Positions 1 to 8,920 of a stretch of 64,000 nucleotides of DNA are shown here, in pieces. The notes beneath the pieces are model-generated. The model searched no databases. It was given only the letters and a program-made list of their open reading frames with translations, and was not told the DNA's origin. Each line of letters starts with the position of its first letter. The first letter of the stretch is position 1. Where the stretch lies: NCBI GenBank assembly GCA_021792635.1, contig JAJYUH010000003.1, positions 101,795 through 165,794 of the forward strand, written 5' to 3'. The stretch comes from Natronospirales bacterium (lineage in GTDB: Bacteria; Pseudomonadota; Gammaproteobacteria; Natronospirales; REEB76). A program made the translations under genes and the position numbers.

Positions 1-73
1 ACGGCCGGTCCAATTCGGCGACGTACATGCCCTTGTCAAGTTGTTCGACGCGGTACTGGATCTTCAATTCCAT
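1..73 (-). CDS. 5' end of a gene that runs off the left edge; N-terminus resembles the DUF3391-type region that precedes HD-GYP domains
   Basis: Not in the ORF track. The minus-strand ATG at 71-73 is the first start after an in-frame stop. It reads MELKIQYRVEQLDKGMYVAELDRP and then leaves the window. The family guess rests on only 24 residues (recalled L-x-x-GMYV-x-x-LD pattern). Confidence 0.3.
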   Translation of the reverse strand, partial: MELKIQYRVEQLDKGMYVAELDRP

Positions 74-347
74 GCTCCAGTGAGCAACGCCTGATCAAAA
101 CCCCGCCAGGGAGTGTAATTCCATATCCGGTCGCCAGTCGAGCGTCTGTCAACCTGTCCGTCGTCAGCGTGGGGCAGGGTCGTCTGGCCGGCCGGAAGTC
201 GCCCAATCAGCCGGAAGTCACTTTGCCAAGGCAATCCATGCTGTCGCAAGAATGTACCGTGCCGGTGTGTGCTGCTTTGCGCTGAACCGTGCGCGAATTA
301 GCGTAGGGAAGAAGTACGCGCCGCAGGTGGCTGCATGGCCCGGGGGA

Positions 348-534
348 TTTATGCGGTCGCAGACAGAATACCCCGGGTTTACCCGGGGATGAATGAGCCC
401 GGCGGCGGTTACTACCGCCGCCGGTTCCTGAATCCTGGTGTTTCATCAGGATTCAGGTCAGTTCCGTATGGAACTGTAACGGTAAGGACCCCGGCTTTAG
501 CCGGGGGAATCTATTTTCAGACCCACACTCATCA
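348..534. repeat. Multi-hairpin repeat element, copy A (~185 bp)
   Basis: Five consecutive stem-loops: 371-388 ccccggg/ttta/cccgggg; 399-424 ccggcggcggt/tact-like loop/accgccgccgg; 427-457 cctgaatcctg...caggattcagg; 459-476 cagttcc/gtat/ggaactg; 489-506 ccccggc/ttta/gccgggg. A colinear homolog in the same orientation lies at 20527-20702. Confidence 0.7.
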
Positions 535-707
535 TGCCGAGATTATTGGCTCACCGGCAGGCTGCACTTGGTCCGTACCATTTGCCTGTCCGGGGCAGTC
601 ATCGTTGCGGCCCGTTCGACCGGGCCAGGCCGGACCCCGGCTGACCCGGCCTCATATCCGTTGCCGCCAAGCGCATCAAATATCTGTGTTCTCCGAACGC
701 GGGGTGA

Positions 708-2078
708 TTATCTGAATCTGTGCGGTGGATGCCGTATACGAGTCGGCGCGGGCCGGAATGACTGGGGCGCGGGCCGGAACACAGGCCTGTAGGTCTGCGG
801 TGGAGACCGGAATGACTGGGGCGCCGGCCGGTAGGAGGGCAGTGCGGCTTGTGGGGTAAACCGGTATGGCCGAGAGGAAGGCCGGTAGGCTGGTGAAGCA
901 GACCGGTATGGACGGAAAGCCGCATGCGACAGTTGCGATGAGGGCCGATAGACAGGCCGTGCGGCTTGTGAGGTAAACCGGAATGGCTGGGTCGAGGGCC
1001 GGTAAGCGGACCGGGACGCGGGTTGAAATGCTGTGCGGTGGGGCTGCCCGGGCCGTGCGGATCGTGGCAACCCTGCTCGCCATGGGTTTTGCCCGGCGCG
1101 CAGCTTGCCCGGTTGTGGACCATGCATATTGTTATTGCGGGTGACGAGCGGGTTACCCACCCGCCTGTTTCTGTTCACCAGGAAGCGGGTGCGGACCAGC
1201 CTGGTGAAGGTGACGTTGCGATGCACGCTGGCATAACTGTTTAGATTATTGACGTTCACACTGCGGTCGAGCACCGCACGGTTGACGGGGATATGCGCAT
1301 AACGGTTGCTGACATACACGTGGGTGATTTGAATGTACGGACGCGAACGTGCAATCCAGCCGTCACCGCGCCAGTCGGTGTAATAGATACGGTCATCGCG
1401 CCAGTCGCAGTCATAGTTAAGCCAGGCCCCGATGATGAATCCGGCGCCAAAAGATACGAGGTTCTCCTGAAATCCCTCTCCGTAACCATAGCCGCCTTGA
1501 TAATAGACCGCGTACGGATCGTACACCGGCACGTAGAGGTATTGGGGCTGGTACGGGTCAATTTGAATGTACCCCGGTTCCACGATCACCTGCTGTTGCT
1601 GGTTCGAAACCAGGTTGCCCGCGGAACGGGCCATTGCACGCAAGCGCTGGATGGAGGCCATGACATCCGTGGACTGATTCACATAAGCCTGTCCCAGCGC
1701 AGTGGTCCAGTTGATCTTGTCGTTCATCATGTAGAGCACAGACGGATAATGCGCAACCGCCTTGACACTGACATCCCAGGGCTGATAGCTGATTCCGCTC
1801 ACCCCGTTGGTACGCACCCACCGCGCCGCTTCCTGAATCTGATTCACAAATGTAGCGGCGGGCAAGACCTGCGCCAGCAGTGGGTCCGGATAGAGCGCAA
1901 TGGGGGCCAGCAGGTTATCCAATTGATTCGCGCTATAGGGGACGTACGACGACATGCCCCGGGGCGCCGCTGAAACGGCGGGGTACGCTCCCGGAGATGC
2001 GGCATTCACGAGCAGTGGTGCACTGGCGAGGCTGATCCCGAGTGAGCACAAGGCAAATGTTCGCAAGATAATGTGCAT
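708..2078 (-). CDS. DUF3300 domain-containing secreted protein with repetitive Pro/Arg/Tyr-rich C-terminus
   Basis: 456-aa ORF with signal peptide MHIILRTFALCSLGISLASA. The motif LLAPIALYPDPLLAQVLPAATF is typical of DUF3300. The C-terminal ~120 aa are low-complexity (YRPS/FRPAPQSFR repeats). Confidence 0.8.
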   Translation of the reverse strand: MHIILRTFALCSLGISLASAPLLVNAASPGAYPAVSAAPRGMSSYVPYSANQLDNLLAPIALYPDPLLAQVLPAATFVNQIQEAARWVRTNGVSGISYQPWDVSVKAVAHYPSVLYMMNDKINWTTALGQAYVNQSTDVMASIQRLRAMARSAGNLVSNQQQQVIVEPGYIQIDPYQPQYLYVPVYDPYAVYYQGGYGYGEGFQENLVSFGAGFIIGAWLNYDCDWRDDRIYYTDWRGDGWIARSRPYIQITHVYVSNRYAHIPVNRAVLDRSVNVNNLNSYASVHRNVTFTRLVRTRFLVNRNRRVGNPLVTRNNNMHGPQPGKLRAGQNPWRAGLPRSARPGQPHRTAFQPASRSAYRPSTQPFRFTSQAARPVYRPSSQLSHAAFRPYRSASPAYRPSSRPYRFTPQAALPSYRPAPQSFRSPPQTYRPVFRPAPQSFRPAPTRIRHPPHRFR

Positions 2079-2215
2079 AAATCACCTCCTGTCCGATGGA
2101 AAATCTACTCCATTATCAGAGCGGTGGCAGAAGGTGAACGGAATTTAATGCTGCGCTCATAATCACGGCTGCGGCACAGTTTGCTCTCGGATTAATGGTA
2201 TAGGTCCCCATTTGC

Positions 2216-3780
2216 TCAGGGTGTAACGGCGGCAAATGTGCGGGGGTCGCGGCTGAACAGGCCGTAGCTGAGCAGACTGATGGCTACGCCGCAGACAATG
2301 TAGTAGGCGGGTGACATGGGATTGCCGGTGAGTTTTACCAGCCAGGTGATGATCAGCGGAGCCAGTCCGCCAAACAGCATGACGCTGAAGTTGTAGATCA
2401 GCGAAACACTGGTGGAGCGTACGCCCACGGGGAACACTTCCGTGATCGCCGTGGGATAGGGACCCCAGATAAATCCGATGCACAGCGCCGAGATGAATTG
2501 CAGCAGTATGAAACGCGCGAGACTCGGCGCATGCAGCAGATATGCGGTCAGGCCGAAGGCAACGAGCGCGTACAGCAGCATTGCAAGCACCAGCATGCGC
2601 TTGCGGTTCCAGCGGTCCGAAAGGTAGCCGGTGAAAGGACAGAGCCCCACCAGCAGGATACCGCTCATAATGGTGGACAGGCCCGCATCGGCGAGCGGCA
2701 GATGCAGCTCCCGGTCGGCGAAGATCGGCATGTAGATGAAGGTAACGTAGAATGAAATGGTTGCCGCCACGGTGAGGCCAAAGCCGCTCACAAGGGACCG
2801 GCCGTTCCTGACAAACATGTTCCTGAAGCCGGCCAAGGTCCGGTCCGGATGTGATGCCCTGTAGGCTTCGAATTCAGGCGATTCCCGCAGACGCTTGCGG
2901 ATGTAGTAGCCGACAGGTCCGACCAGGATCCCGAACAGGAATGGCAGTCGCCAGCCCCAAGCGGCGAGCGAGCCGGCTGACAACCAGATGCTCAGGGCGT
3001 ACGCCGCGAAGCCGGCGAAGGTGATTGCCAGCGCCTGGGAGCACATCTGGAAGCTGCCGTAGAATCCGCGCTGTTGCGGCGGGGCGTATTCGATCAGCAG
3101 CGAAGTGGCCCCGCCGAACTCACCGCCGGCGGAAAATCCCTGGATGATACGCGCCACCACCACCAGAATCGGCGCGCTGATGCCGATCATGTGATAGCCC
3201 GGAACGAAGGCAATCATGCGATGAGCCAGGGAAGGCGCGAAGCGCCGAGGCGAAGAGCCTGCGGTAGCCCCAGCGGCCGTAGCACAGCGTCCGCGTGGTG
3301 CGAAGGCCGCGCCGGGGCGTAAAGCCAGGGTGGAGGAAACCGTGCGAAGTAACGGTTTCCGAACGCCGGGCGTGCCGCAGCAAAGGAATGGGCCGTCGCT
3401 GGAGCGAGTGGCCGGGACGCCGGGACCGTACCGGCCATCACGAGCGACGCGACGCTATCGGCGCTGCCCAAGGCCATCAACAGCACCATGTTGGCGACCG
3501 CCGACTTGCGGCCCATGCGGTCGGCATAGAGTCCGAAGACGATACCTCCGATGGGGCGGAAAAAGAACGCGATACCCAGCGTCGCCGTGCCCAGCAGCAG
3601 GGAATTGGTACTGGATTCGGCCGGAAAGAATTGCCTCGAGATGATGATGGTAAACAGCCCGAATACCGTAAAATCAAACCATTCGAAGGCGTTACCGATT
3701 GTGGATGCCGCGATCACCCGGTAGCGCAGCCTGGGTGGGATGGCCTGCAAGCCGGGCAGTGTGGTAGCGGGGTGTCCCAT
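2216..3780 (-). pseudogene. MFS transporter (metabolite:H+ symporter family, ProP/KgtP-like) interrupted by a ~245-bp insertion
   Basis: The N-terminal piece (3460-3780) reads MGHPATT...IGNAFEWFDF...ADRMGRKSAVANMVLLMALGSA. The C-terminal piece (2216-3214) reads IAFVPGYHMIGISAPILVVVARIIQGFSAGGEFGGA... Both are colinear with E. coli ProP as recalled (GR to IG spacing of 27 aa is restored if 3215-3459 is removed). They are separated by non-homologous sequence that shifts frame and ends in TGA overlapping an ATG. Confidence 0.75.
3215..3459. other. Structured GC-rich insertion inside the MFS gene (candidate miniature mobile element or structured RNA)
   Basis: Boundaries are inferred from loss of MFS homology and are accurate to a few nt. 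Perfect hairpin ggaaaccgt/gcgaagta/acggtttcc at 3345-3370. GCGAAG occurs four times (3237, 3250, 3300, 3354). A long imperfect hairpin is centred on ggccgg...ccggcc near 3400-3435. No ORF of its own. Confidence 0.5.
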
Positions 3781-4009
3781 TCCGTCTTGAGGAGCTGCGG
3801 GCACGTCTGCCTCCGGGTGTTGCCGCGAGGGCGGGTTTAAGGAACGTCCATGCACTGCGGGCAAGCGTAGCATGCCGAAAACTCCGCTGCGACGACAATT
3901 GCTTGCTGCGTGCGCCGCGACCCAGAAGGGGTGCCCCGGATCACACGGAGCGGGCGCAGGCGGGTGCGGATACTGCAACCGGATCTGAATCTTGAGAGGG
4001 CGACCGGCA

Positions 4010-5203
4010 ATGAAAACCATCCCTGAAATCGCCGCATGGCAGGATGAGTTCACCGCCATACGGCGTGACTTGCATGCGCACCCGGAGTTGCGTTACGACG
4101 AACATCGCACCGCCGGGCTCGTGGCGGAGCGCCTGGAGGGCTGGGGCCTGGAGGTGACCCGCGGCCTGGGCGGCACGGGAGTCGTCGCCACCCTGCGCGC
4201 GGGAAAATCTTTCAGGAGTGTCGGGCTGCGCGCGGACATGGATGCGTTGCCGGTGCCGGAGCACAACCAGTTCCCGCATCGTTCCCGCCATCCGGGACGG
4301 ATGCATGCCTGTGGCCACGACGGCCACACCACCATGTTGCTGGCAGCGGCGCGCTATCTGGCCGGTCGGCGGAATTTTGACGGGACGGCACACTTCATTT
4401 TTCAGCCGGCGGAGGAGGGCGGGGCCGGAGCCCGCGCGATGATCGAGGGCGGCCTGTTCAAACGGTTTCCCTGCGAGGCGGTATTCGGCATTCACAACTG
4501 GCCCGGCCTGCCGGTGGGGCATTTCGCCGTGAATCCGGGCGCCATCATGGCATCCAGCAACGAGTTCAGGATCACGGTTCGGGGAAAAGGCGGTCATGCC
4601 GCCATGCCGCACAATACACGTGATCCCGTATTTGCGGCGATCCAGATCGCCAATGGTCTGCAAGGTATCATCACCCGCAACAAGAAGCCGGTGGATACTG
4701 CGGTGCTGTCCATCACCCAGTTGCAGGCGGGTGAGGCAAGCAATGTGATACCGGATGAGGCGTCATTGGGCGGTACCGTGCGTACCTTTAACATCGAAGC
4801 GCTGGACCTCATCGACTCGCGGATGCGGCAACTGGCCGCCGCAACGGCGGCCGCCCATGACTGCACCGCGGAGACGGGATTTGAACGCAACTATCCGCCA
4901 ACGATCAACAGTCCCGCGGAGACGGAATTTGCCGTGTCAGTGATGCGCGAGGTGTGCGGCGCGGACAGCGTCATCACCAACGTCGAGCCTACCATGGGTG
5001 CGGAGGATTTCGCCTTCATGCTGCTGGAAAAACCCGGTTGCTACGCGTTTATCGGCAATGGAGACGGGGCGCACCGCACGTCCGGCCACGGTGAGGGTCC
5101 GTGCATGCTGCATAACGCCAGTTATGACTTCAACGATGAACTTATTCCCATGGGCGCAACCTATTGGGTGCGGCTGGTGGAACGCTACCTGCCGCGGGTG
5201 TAA
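4010..5203 (+). CDS. M20 family amidohydrolase (hippurate hydrolase / N-acyl-amino acid amidohydrolase-like)
   Basis: Contains LHAHPELRYDEHRTA, MHACGHDGHT, FIFQPAEEGGAGA, GKGGHAAMPH and GAEDFAF motifs. Start trimmed from TTG 3992 to ATG 4010 (MKTIPEI). Confidence 0.9.
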   Translation: MKTIPEIAAWQDEFTAIRRDLHAHPELRYDEHRTAGLVAERLEGWGLEVTRGLGGTGVVATLRAGKSFRSVGLRADMDALPVPEHNQFPHRSRHPGRMHACGHDGHTTMLLAAARYLAGRRNFDGTAHFIFQPAEEGGAGARAMIEGGLFKRFPCEAVFGIHNWPGLPVGHFAVNPGAIMASSNEFRITVRGKGGHAAMPHNTRDPVFAAIQIANGLQGIITRNKKPVDTAVLSITQLQAGEASNVIPDEASLGGTVRTFNIEALDLIDSRMRQLAAATAAAHDCTAETGFERNYPPTINSPAETEFAVSVMREVCGADSVITNVEPTMGAEDFAFMLLEKPGCYAFIGNGDGAHRTSGHGEGPCMLHNASYDFNDELIPMGATYWVRLVERYLPRV

Positions 5204-5396
5204 GCCGGGCGCGGCAATTGCCGGTTATTTCCAGCGTGGAATGACGATTTTATTTTGGTGTCCAGATTGTACAAGCGCCGCGCATGCTTCAGTGAAACAT
5301 GCCGTCAGCACATGATGTGCGTGTCGGGTAAGCGGGTACCGAGGTTCACAGCAGTCCATCGTCCTGGTTTGTATCAATGCGGTCGGCAGTGATGCT

Positions 5397-6686
5397 TCAT
5401 GGTCTCACCATCAGCAGTTTTTCATTGGCGCGTGACAGTCGCTCCATCAGCGCATTCGCAAACATGCGATAGAAGCGCAATTGGCAATCGCGGGAGGCGC
5501 GCTCCATGAGCGTGGGGCTGACACAAAGCAGGTTTACATCGCCTTGTGCACGTACGCTAGCCGTGCGTTTCATCCTGCTGAGATAGCTCATTTCACCGAA
5601 GCAATCCCCGGCGCCGAGCATGCCAAGAAGGGTATTGCCCTTGTGTACCGCGACGACTCCAGAGGCGATGATGAAGAAGCGGGTATCCGGTTCCCCCTCG
5701 GCCACCACCGTCTGGCTATCCGCGTACTTTTCCCAGTTGCTGGCTCGGATAATCTCCCAGATGTCCGCGTGAGTGAAATCCTTGAAACAGTCCAGCCGGC
5801 TCACCAGGTTGTAATGCTCCTGCTCGTTGATCTCAGTGGCACGGGCTTTCAGACTGCCAGAAACATTGATGAGGTCGCCGGCAATATCCATGCAGGATTC
5901 GTAGCGGCGCTTGAGCGGCTTTCTGAGACAACGCATCACAATGTGATTGAGAACATCGGGAATGCCGCTGCGCCGCTCGATCAGCGGTTGGGGATCGGCA
6001 TGCAGTATCTGATGCGTCAGGCCGGGCAGGGTATCCCCTGAAAATGCCGGAGTCCCGGCAACCAGCTCATAAATCAGGGCGCCCATGGAAAAGATGTCGC
6101 TCTGGTTGGTGACTGCCTCACCGCGCACCTGTTCCGGTGACATGTAACGCGGCGTGCCCACCACCCCGACGGTGGGGTTGGTCTGGCCGACGGCGGTTTT
6201 TGCGTTGCCGAAGTCCACGATCATGATGTGACCCTCCGGGTTGATCATGAGATTTGCGGGTTTGATATCGCGGTGAATGACGCCGTTGCGGTGGGCGTAG
6301 TCCAGGGCTTTGGCCATGGTGAAAAAAATTTCTATCACCTTTGGCAATGGCAGCAGGGTGTCCGGGCGGCAATGGCCGGTGAGGGGCTGGTAATGCTCAA
6401 GCAGGGCCATTACCACATAGCACAGGCCGCCCTCTTCCCCGGCGTCATGGATGGGAAGGATGTTGGGGTGCAGCAGTTTGCCTGCGATGTGCGCTTCGTT
6501 GAAGAACAGCTTGTACTGCAGCCGGGCCTGTTCAGGGCTGACATCGGTTTCGGCGTAATACACCTTGATGGCCACATCGCGGTGGGCGAACGGATCATGG
6601 GCCAGATAAACGGTTCCCGACGAGCCGTGTCCGAGTTCCCGATCCAGAATGTACTTGCCGAGTTTTTCTGCTGTGCTTGCGGCCAT
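5397..6686 (-). CDS. Hanks-type Ser/Thr protein kinase fused to a C-terminal cyclic-nucleotide-binding domain
   Basis: Kinase motifs GHGSSGTVY, AIKV, HRDIKPANLMI, DFG and GTPRYMSPE. The C-terminal ~120 aa read FFIIASGVVAVHKGNTLLGMLGAGDCFGEMSYL...RTASVRA, a cNMP-binding fold pattern. Confidence 0.9.
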   Translation of the reverse strand: MAASTAEKLGKYILDRELGHGSSGTVYLAHDPFAHRDVAIKVYYAETDVSPEQARLQYKLFFNEAHIAGKLLHPNILPIHDAGEEGGLCYVVMALLEHYQPLTGHCRPDTLLPLPKVIEIFFTMAKALDYAHRNGVIHRDIKPANLMINPEGHIMIVDFGNAKTAVGQTNPTVGVVGTPRYMSPEQVRGEAVTNQSDIFSMGALIYELVAGTPAFSGDTLPGLTHQILHADPQPLIERRSGIPDVLNHIVMRCLRKPLKRRYESCMDIAGDLINVSGSLKARATEINEQEHYNLVSRLDCFKDFTHADIWEIIRASNWEKYADSQTVVAEGEPDTRFFIIASGVVAVHKGNTLLGMLGAGDCFGEMSYLSRMKRTASVRAQGDVNLLCVSPTLMERASRDCQLRFYRMFANALMERLSRANEKLLMVRP

Positions 6687-6703
6687 GGGTGCCAGCCCTG
6701 GTG

Positions 6704-6901
6704 CTATAGCGTGGGGGATGCGTAGCGCGCCTGGCGCGCGGCACGTCGTTCAGCCGCCTGCCGCAGTACTTCACGTTTATCCCACTCAGGCATTTCTGAC
6801 CAGCGGCGGATCTCATCAAGCGTGCGTCCGCAGCCGATGCATACATTGTCGTCGTCAAGACAGCAGATGCGTACACAGGGAGAAGCGAGTGGATCGTTCA
6901 T
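6704..6901 (-). CDS. DUF1289 domain-containing protein
   Basis: SPCVRICCLDDDNVCIGCGRTLDEIRRWSEM matches the DUF1289 Cys pattern. Start trimmed to MNDPLASPC (ATG 6899-6901). Confidence 0.7.
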   Translation of the reverse strand: MNDPLASPCVRICCLDDDNVCIGCGRTLDEIRRWSEMPEWDKREVLRQAAERRAARQARYASPTL

Positions 6902-7078
6902 ACCGGCGTCCCGCGGGAGACCACGATAAAAACCGCTGTACTGGACATAATTTTGTTGCACGCCGCTGCGGAATATTCAGGTATCGCCGCGCACACTTCG
7001 CTCTCCCGGTATATTGCGCCGTGTCCCATCCGCAATGTTCTTGAAGGACTTCCACTCCACGACTGAGAAATTGTACGC

Positions 7079-8080
7079 TTACACCACCAGAACAAAGAAC
7101 AGCAGGTACACCAGTCCGTTGAGCATCAGCCAGGCAGGAGTCAGGCGGCGCTTGGCGGCGAGCAGCAGCAGCCAGAGAACCGCTGCAAAGGTCAGTGCCA
7201 TGGCCCAGAGGATATCGGCCCGGGGCTGCCAGGCTGTGAGCTGCATCCCGAATGCCGTCAGCAAGGCCCCCTGAAACACCAGCGCGCCGGTGATGTTGCC
7301 GAAGGCGAGGGTGTCCTTGTTGCGGCGTATCCACAGAATACTGTTCAGTTTTTCCGGCATTTCCGTGGCCACGGGAATAATCAGCAGCGACAGCGCCAGT
7401 ACGCCGAAACCGGTCAGGCGTGCCACCTGTTCCACGCCGTAAACAAATATTTTGGCTCCGGTGATGATAAACGCCAGTCCCAGGGCCAGTTGTGTGATCT
7501 CGGCCCAAAGGGTATGCGGGATGTTGATATGTCTTAACCACAGTGCGGCGTCGGTACGGGTACCGTGACCCCGCTGCACCAGCAGGGCGGAGGCGCGGAT
7601 GGTGTTCACCACGTACATTGCATACATGAATACCAGCAGGGCGCTCGCCAGAATGCGGGTGCCCGCCGGATGCGTGGGAATGAACAAGCCCAGGAAACCG
7701 ATGAGAAATGCCGCCAGAAAATACAGCAGGTCACGCAGCAGTCCACTGATCTCGGGTTTCAGCGGCGTATGCCAGCCGCGTTTCATGCCAGCGAACAGAG
7801 CGATCAAGGCGATGGCGACGGAGGAAAGCATCAGGGGCGCACCCAGGACGGCACCGATACCGATATGCTGGCGTGTCTCCGCGCTGGGTCCGCCGAAGAA
7901 CACAGCGATAATGGGCACTATGGTTTCCGGCAGGGCAGTGGCCACGGCGGCCAGTACCGATCCCACCATTCCTTCCGAAAACGAGAAGCGCTCACCCACG
8001 TGCTCGAGCGCATTGGTGAACAGTTCCGCGCCGACCAGGATGATGGCGAGCGCCGCCAGCAGTGCGCCAAAATCGAGCAT
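7079..8080 (-). CDS. Sodium/calcium exchanger (CaCA family) membrane protein
   Basis: Polytopic membrane protein with two alpha-repeat-like regions (GAELFTNALEHVGERF...ATALPETIV and ...GNITGALVFQGALL). Start trimmed to MLDFGALL (8080) so it no longer overlaps the upstream GST gene. Confidence 0.8.
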   Translation of the reverse strand: MLDFGALLAALAIILVGAELFTNALEHVGERFSFSEGMVGSVLAAVATALPETIVPIIAVFFGGPSAETRQHIGIGAVLGAPLMLSSVAIALIALFAGMKRGWHTPLKPEISGLLRDLLYFLAAFLIGFLGLFIPTHPAGTRILASALLVFMYAMYVVNTIRASALLVQRGHGTRTDAALWLRHINIPHTLWAEITQLALGLAFIITGAKIFVYGVEQVARLTGFGVLALSLLIIPVATEMPEKLNSILWIRRNKDTLAFGNITGALVFQGALLTAFGMQLTAWQPRADILWAMALTFAAVLWLLLLAAKRRLTPAWLMLNGLVYLLFFVLVV

Positions 8081-8171
8081 CAGCACGCGGCACCTCCCTG
8101 TGCGCAGGCCATCAATGGGGCGGTGAAAAATCCAGGGGTATCCTGCAGACAGGCGACAGACATGTACGGGC

Positions 8172-8834
8172 TCACTGGCGCCAGTGGGGAGGGTAGGTGC
8201 GCGCATAACCCGGCAGCGCTTCAACCGCCGTCATCCAGCGGGTGAGATGGGGGTAGTGCCGGCTCAACGGCATGTAGGCCATGTTGAGTTTTTCGGCGGC
8301 GGGTTTCGCGGCGGCCCGCAGCAGCGTGGGCAGAAAGGGATAGAGTACGATGTCGCTGGCGCTGATGTGCTCGCCGCGCAGCCACGGGGAATGCGCGAGG
8401 CGCACGTCATAGCGGCCGAATTCCTGATGTACGACCTCGGCCGCCTCCCGCACCCGCTGCTCTTTGCCGGCCAGCTCACCGTTGAACAGCGGCCGGGTAA
8501 TGCGGCTCACAGGTTCCTCCATATAGGAAAGCACTTCGCATACATCCTGGTTGATTGCACCGCTTTCTTCCGCCGTGGTACCGAACAGCGGTATCTGCGG
8601 GTATTTGCGATCCAGGTACTGCAGGATGGCGATGGATTCATATACCACGAAATCCCCGTCCTTGAGGGTCGGTACCTTGCCGCGGGGATTCATCTGCAGA
8701 AACGCGGGTGTTTTATGCTCTTTTTTGGAGAATTCCAGGAGCCTGGACGCATACGGCAGCTGCTTGACTTCCAGGGCCAGCAGTACACGCCAGGCGAAGG
8801 TGCTGCCGCTGCCCCAGTAGATTTCGATGGACAT
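8172..8834 (-). CDS. Glutathione S-transferase
   Basis: 220 aa with an N-terminal thioredoxin-like GST pattern (IYWGSGSTFAWRVLLALEVK...NPRGKVPTLKDGDFVVYESIAILQYL). Confidence 0.85.
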   Translation of the reverse strand: MSIEIYWGSGSTFAWRVLLALEVKQLPYASRLLEFSKKEHKTPAFLQMNPRGKVPTLKDGDFVVYESIAILQYLDRKYPQIPLFGTTAEESGAINQDVCEVLSYMEEPVSRITRPLFNGELAGKEQRVREAAEVVHQEFGRYDVRLAHSPWLRGEHISASDIVLYPFLPTLLRAAAKPAAEKLNMAYMPLSRHYPHLTRWMTAVEALPGYARTYPPHWRQ

Positions 8835-8920
8835 GGACGACTCCTGTTATTCTTGAGATTGCGCAGCGGAAAGCGGCAATGATCGCGTATTGCGTATCGT
8901 AACCCAAAAGGAGAAGAGAC

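Noticed and set aside
395-427. GAGCC...GGTTC hairpin (33 nt) resembling group II intron domain V, followed by a second hairpin that could mimic domain VI.
   Set aside because: The bulge is on the wrong strand and the loop is not GNRA. The G-U/AGC features are not conserved in copy B (GAGCC...GGATC). There is no intron-encoded RT, no 5' GUGYG end and no other domains.
207-446. A 79-aa minus-strand ORF whose first 33 residues (MKHQDSGTGGGSNRRRAHSSPGKPGVFCLRPHK) resemble the first 33 residues of ORF 20095-20625. This hints at a conserved peptide.
   Set aside because: The similarity coincides exactly with the multi-hairpin repeat and ends at its edge. The start codons differ (ATG versus GTG) and sit inside stems, with no SD. 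The substitutions track stem pairing, not codon positions. I treated it as a nucleic-acid repeat, not a gene.
2216-4059. Reading the two MFS ORFs (3214-4059 and 2216-3217) as two genuine separate genes.
   Set aside because: The first ORF's long N-terminal extension (to 4059) and its 81-residue tail are non-homologous Arg/Pro/Ala-rich sequence. The homology blocks correspond to TM1-3 and TM4-12 of a single transporter, so a disrupted gene is the simpler reading.
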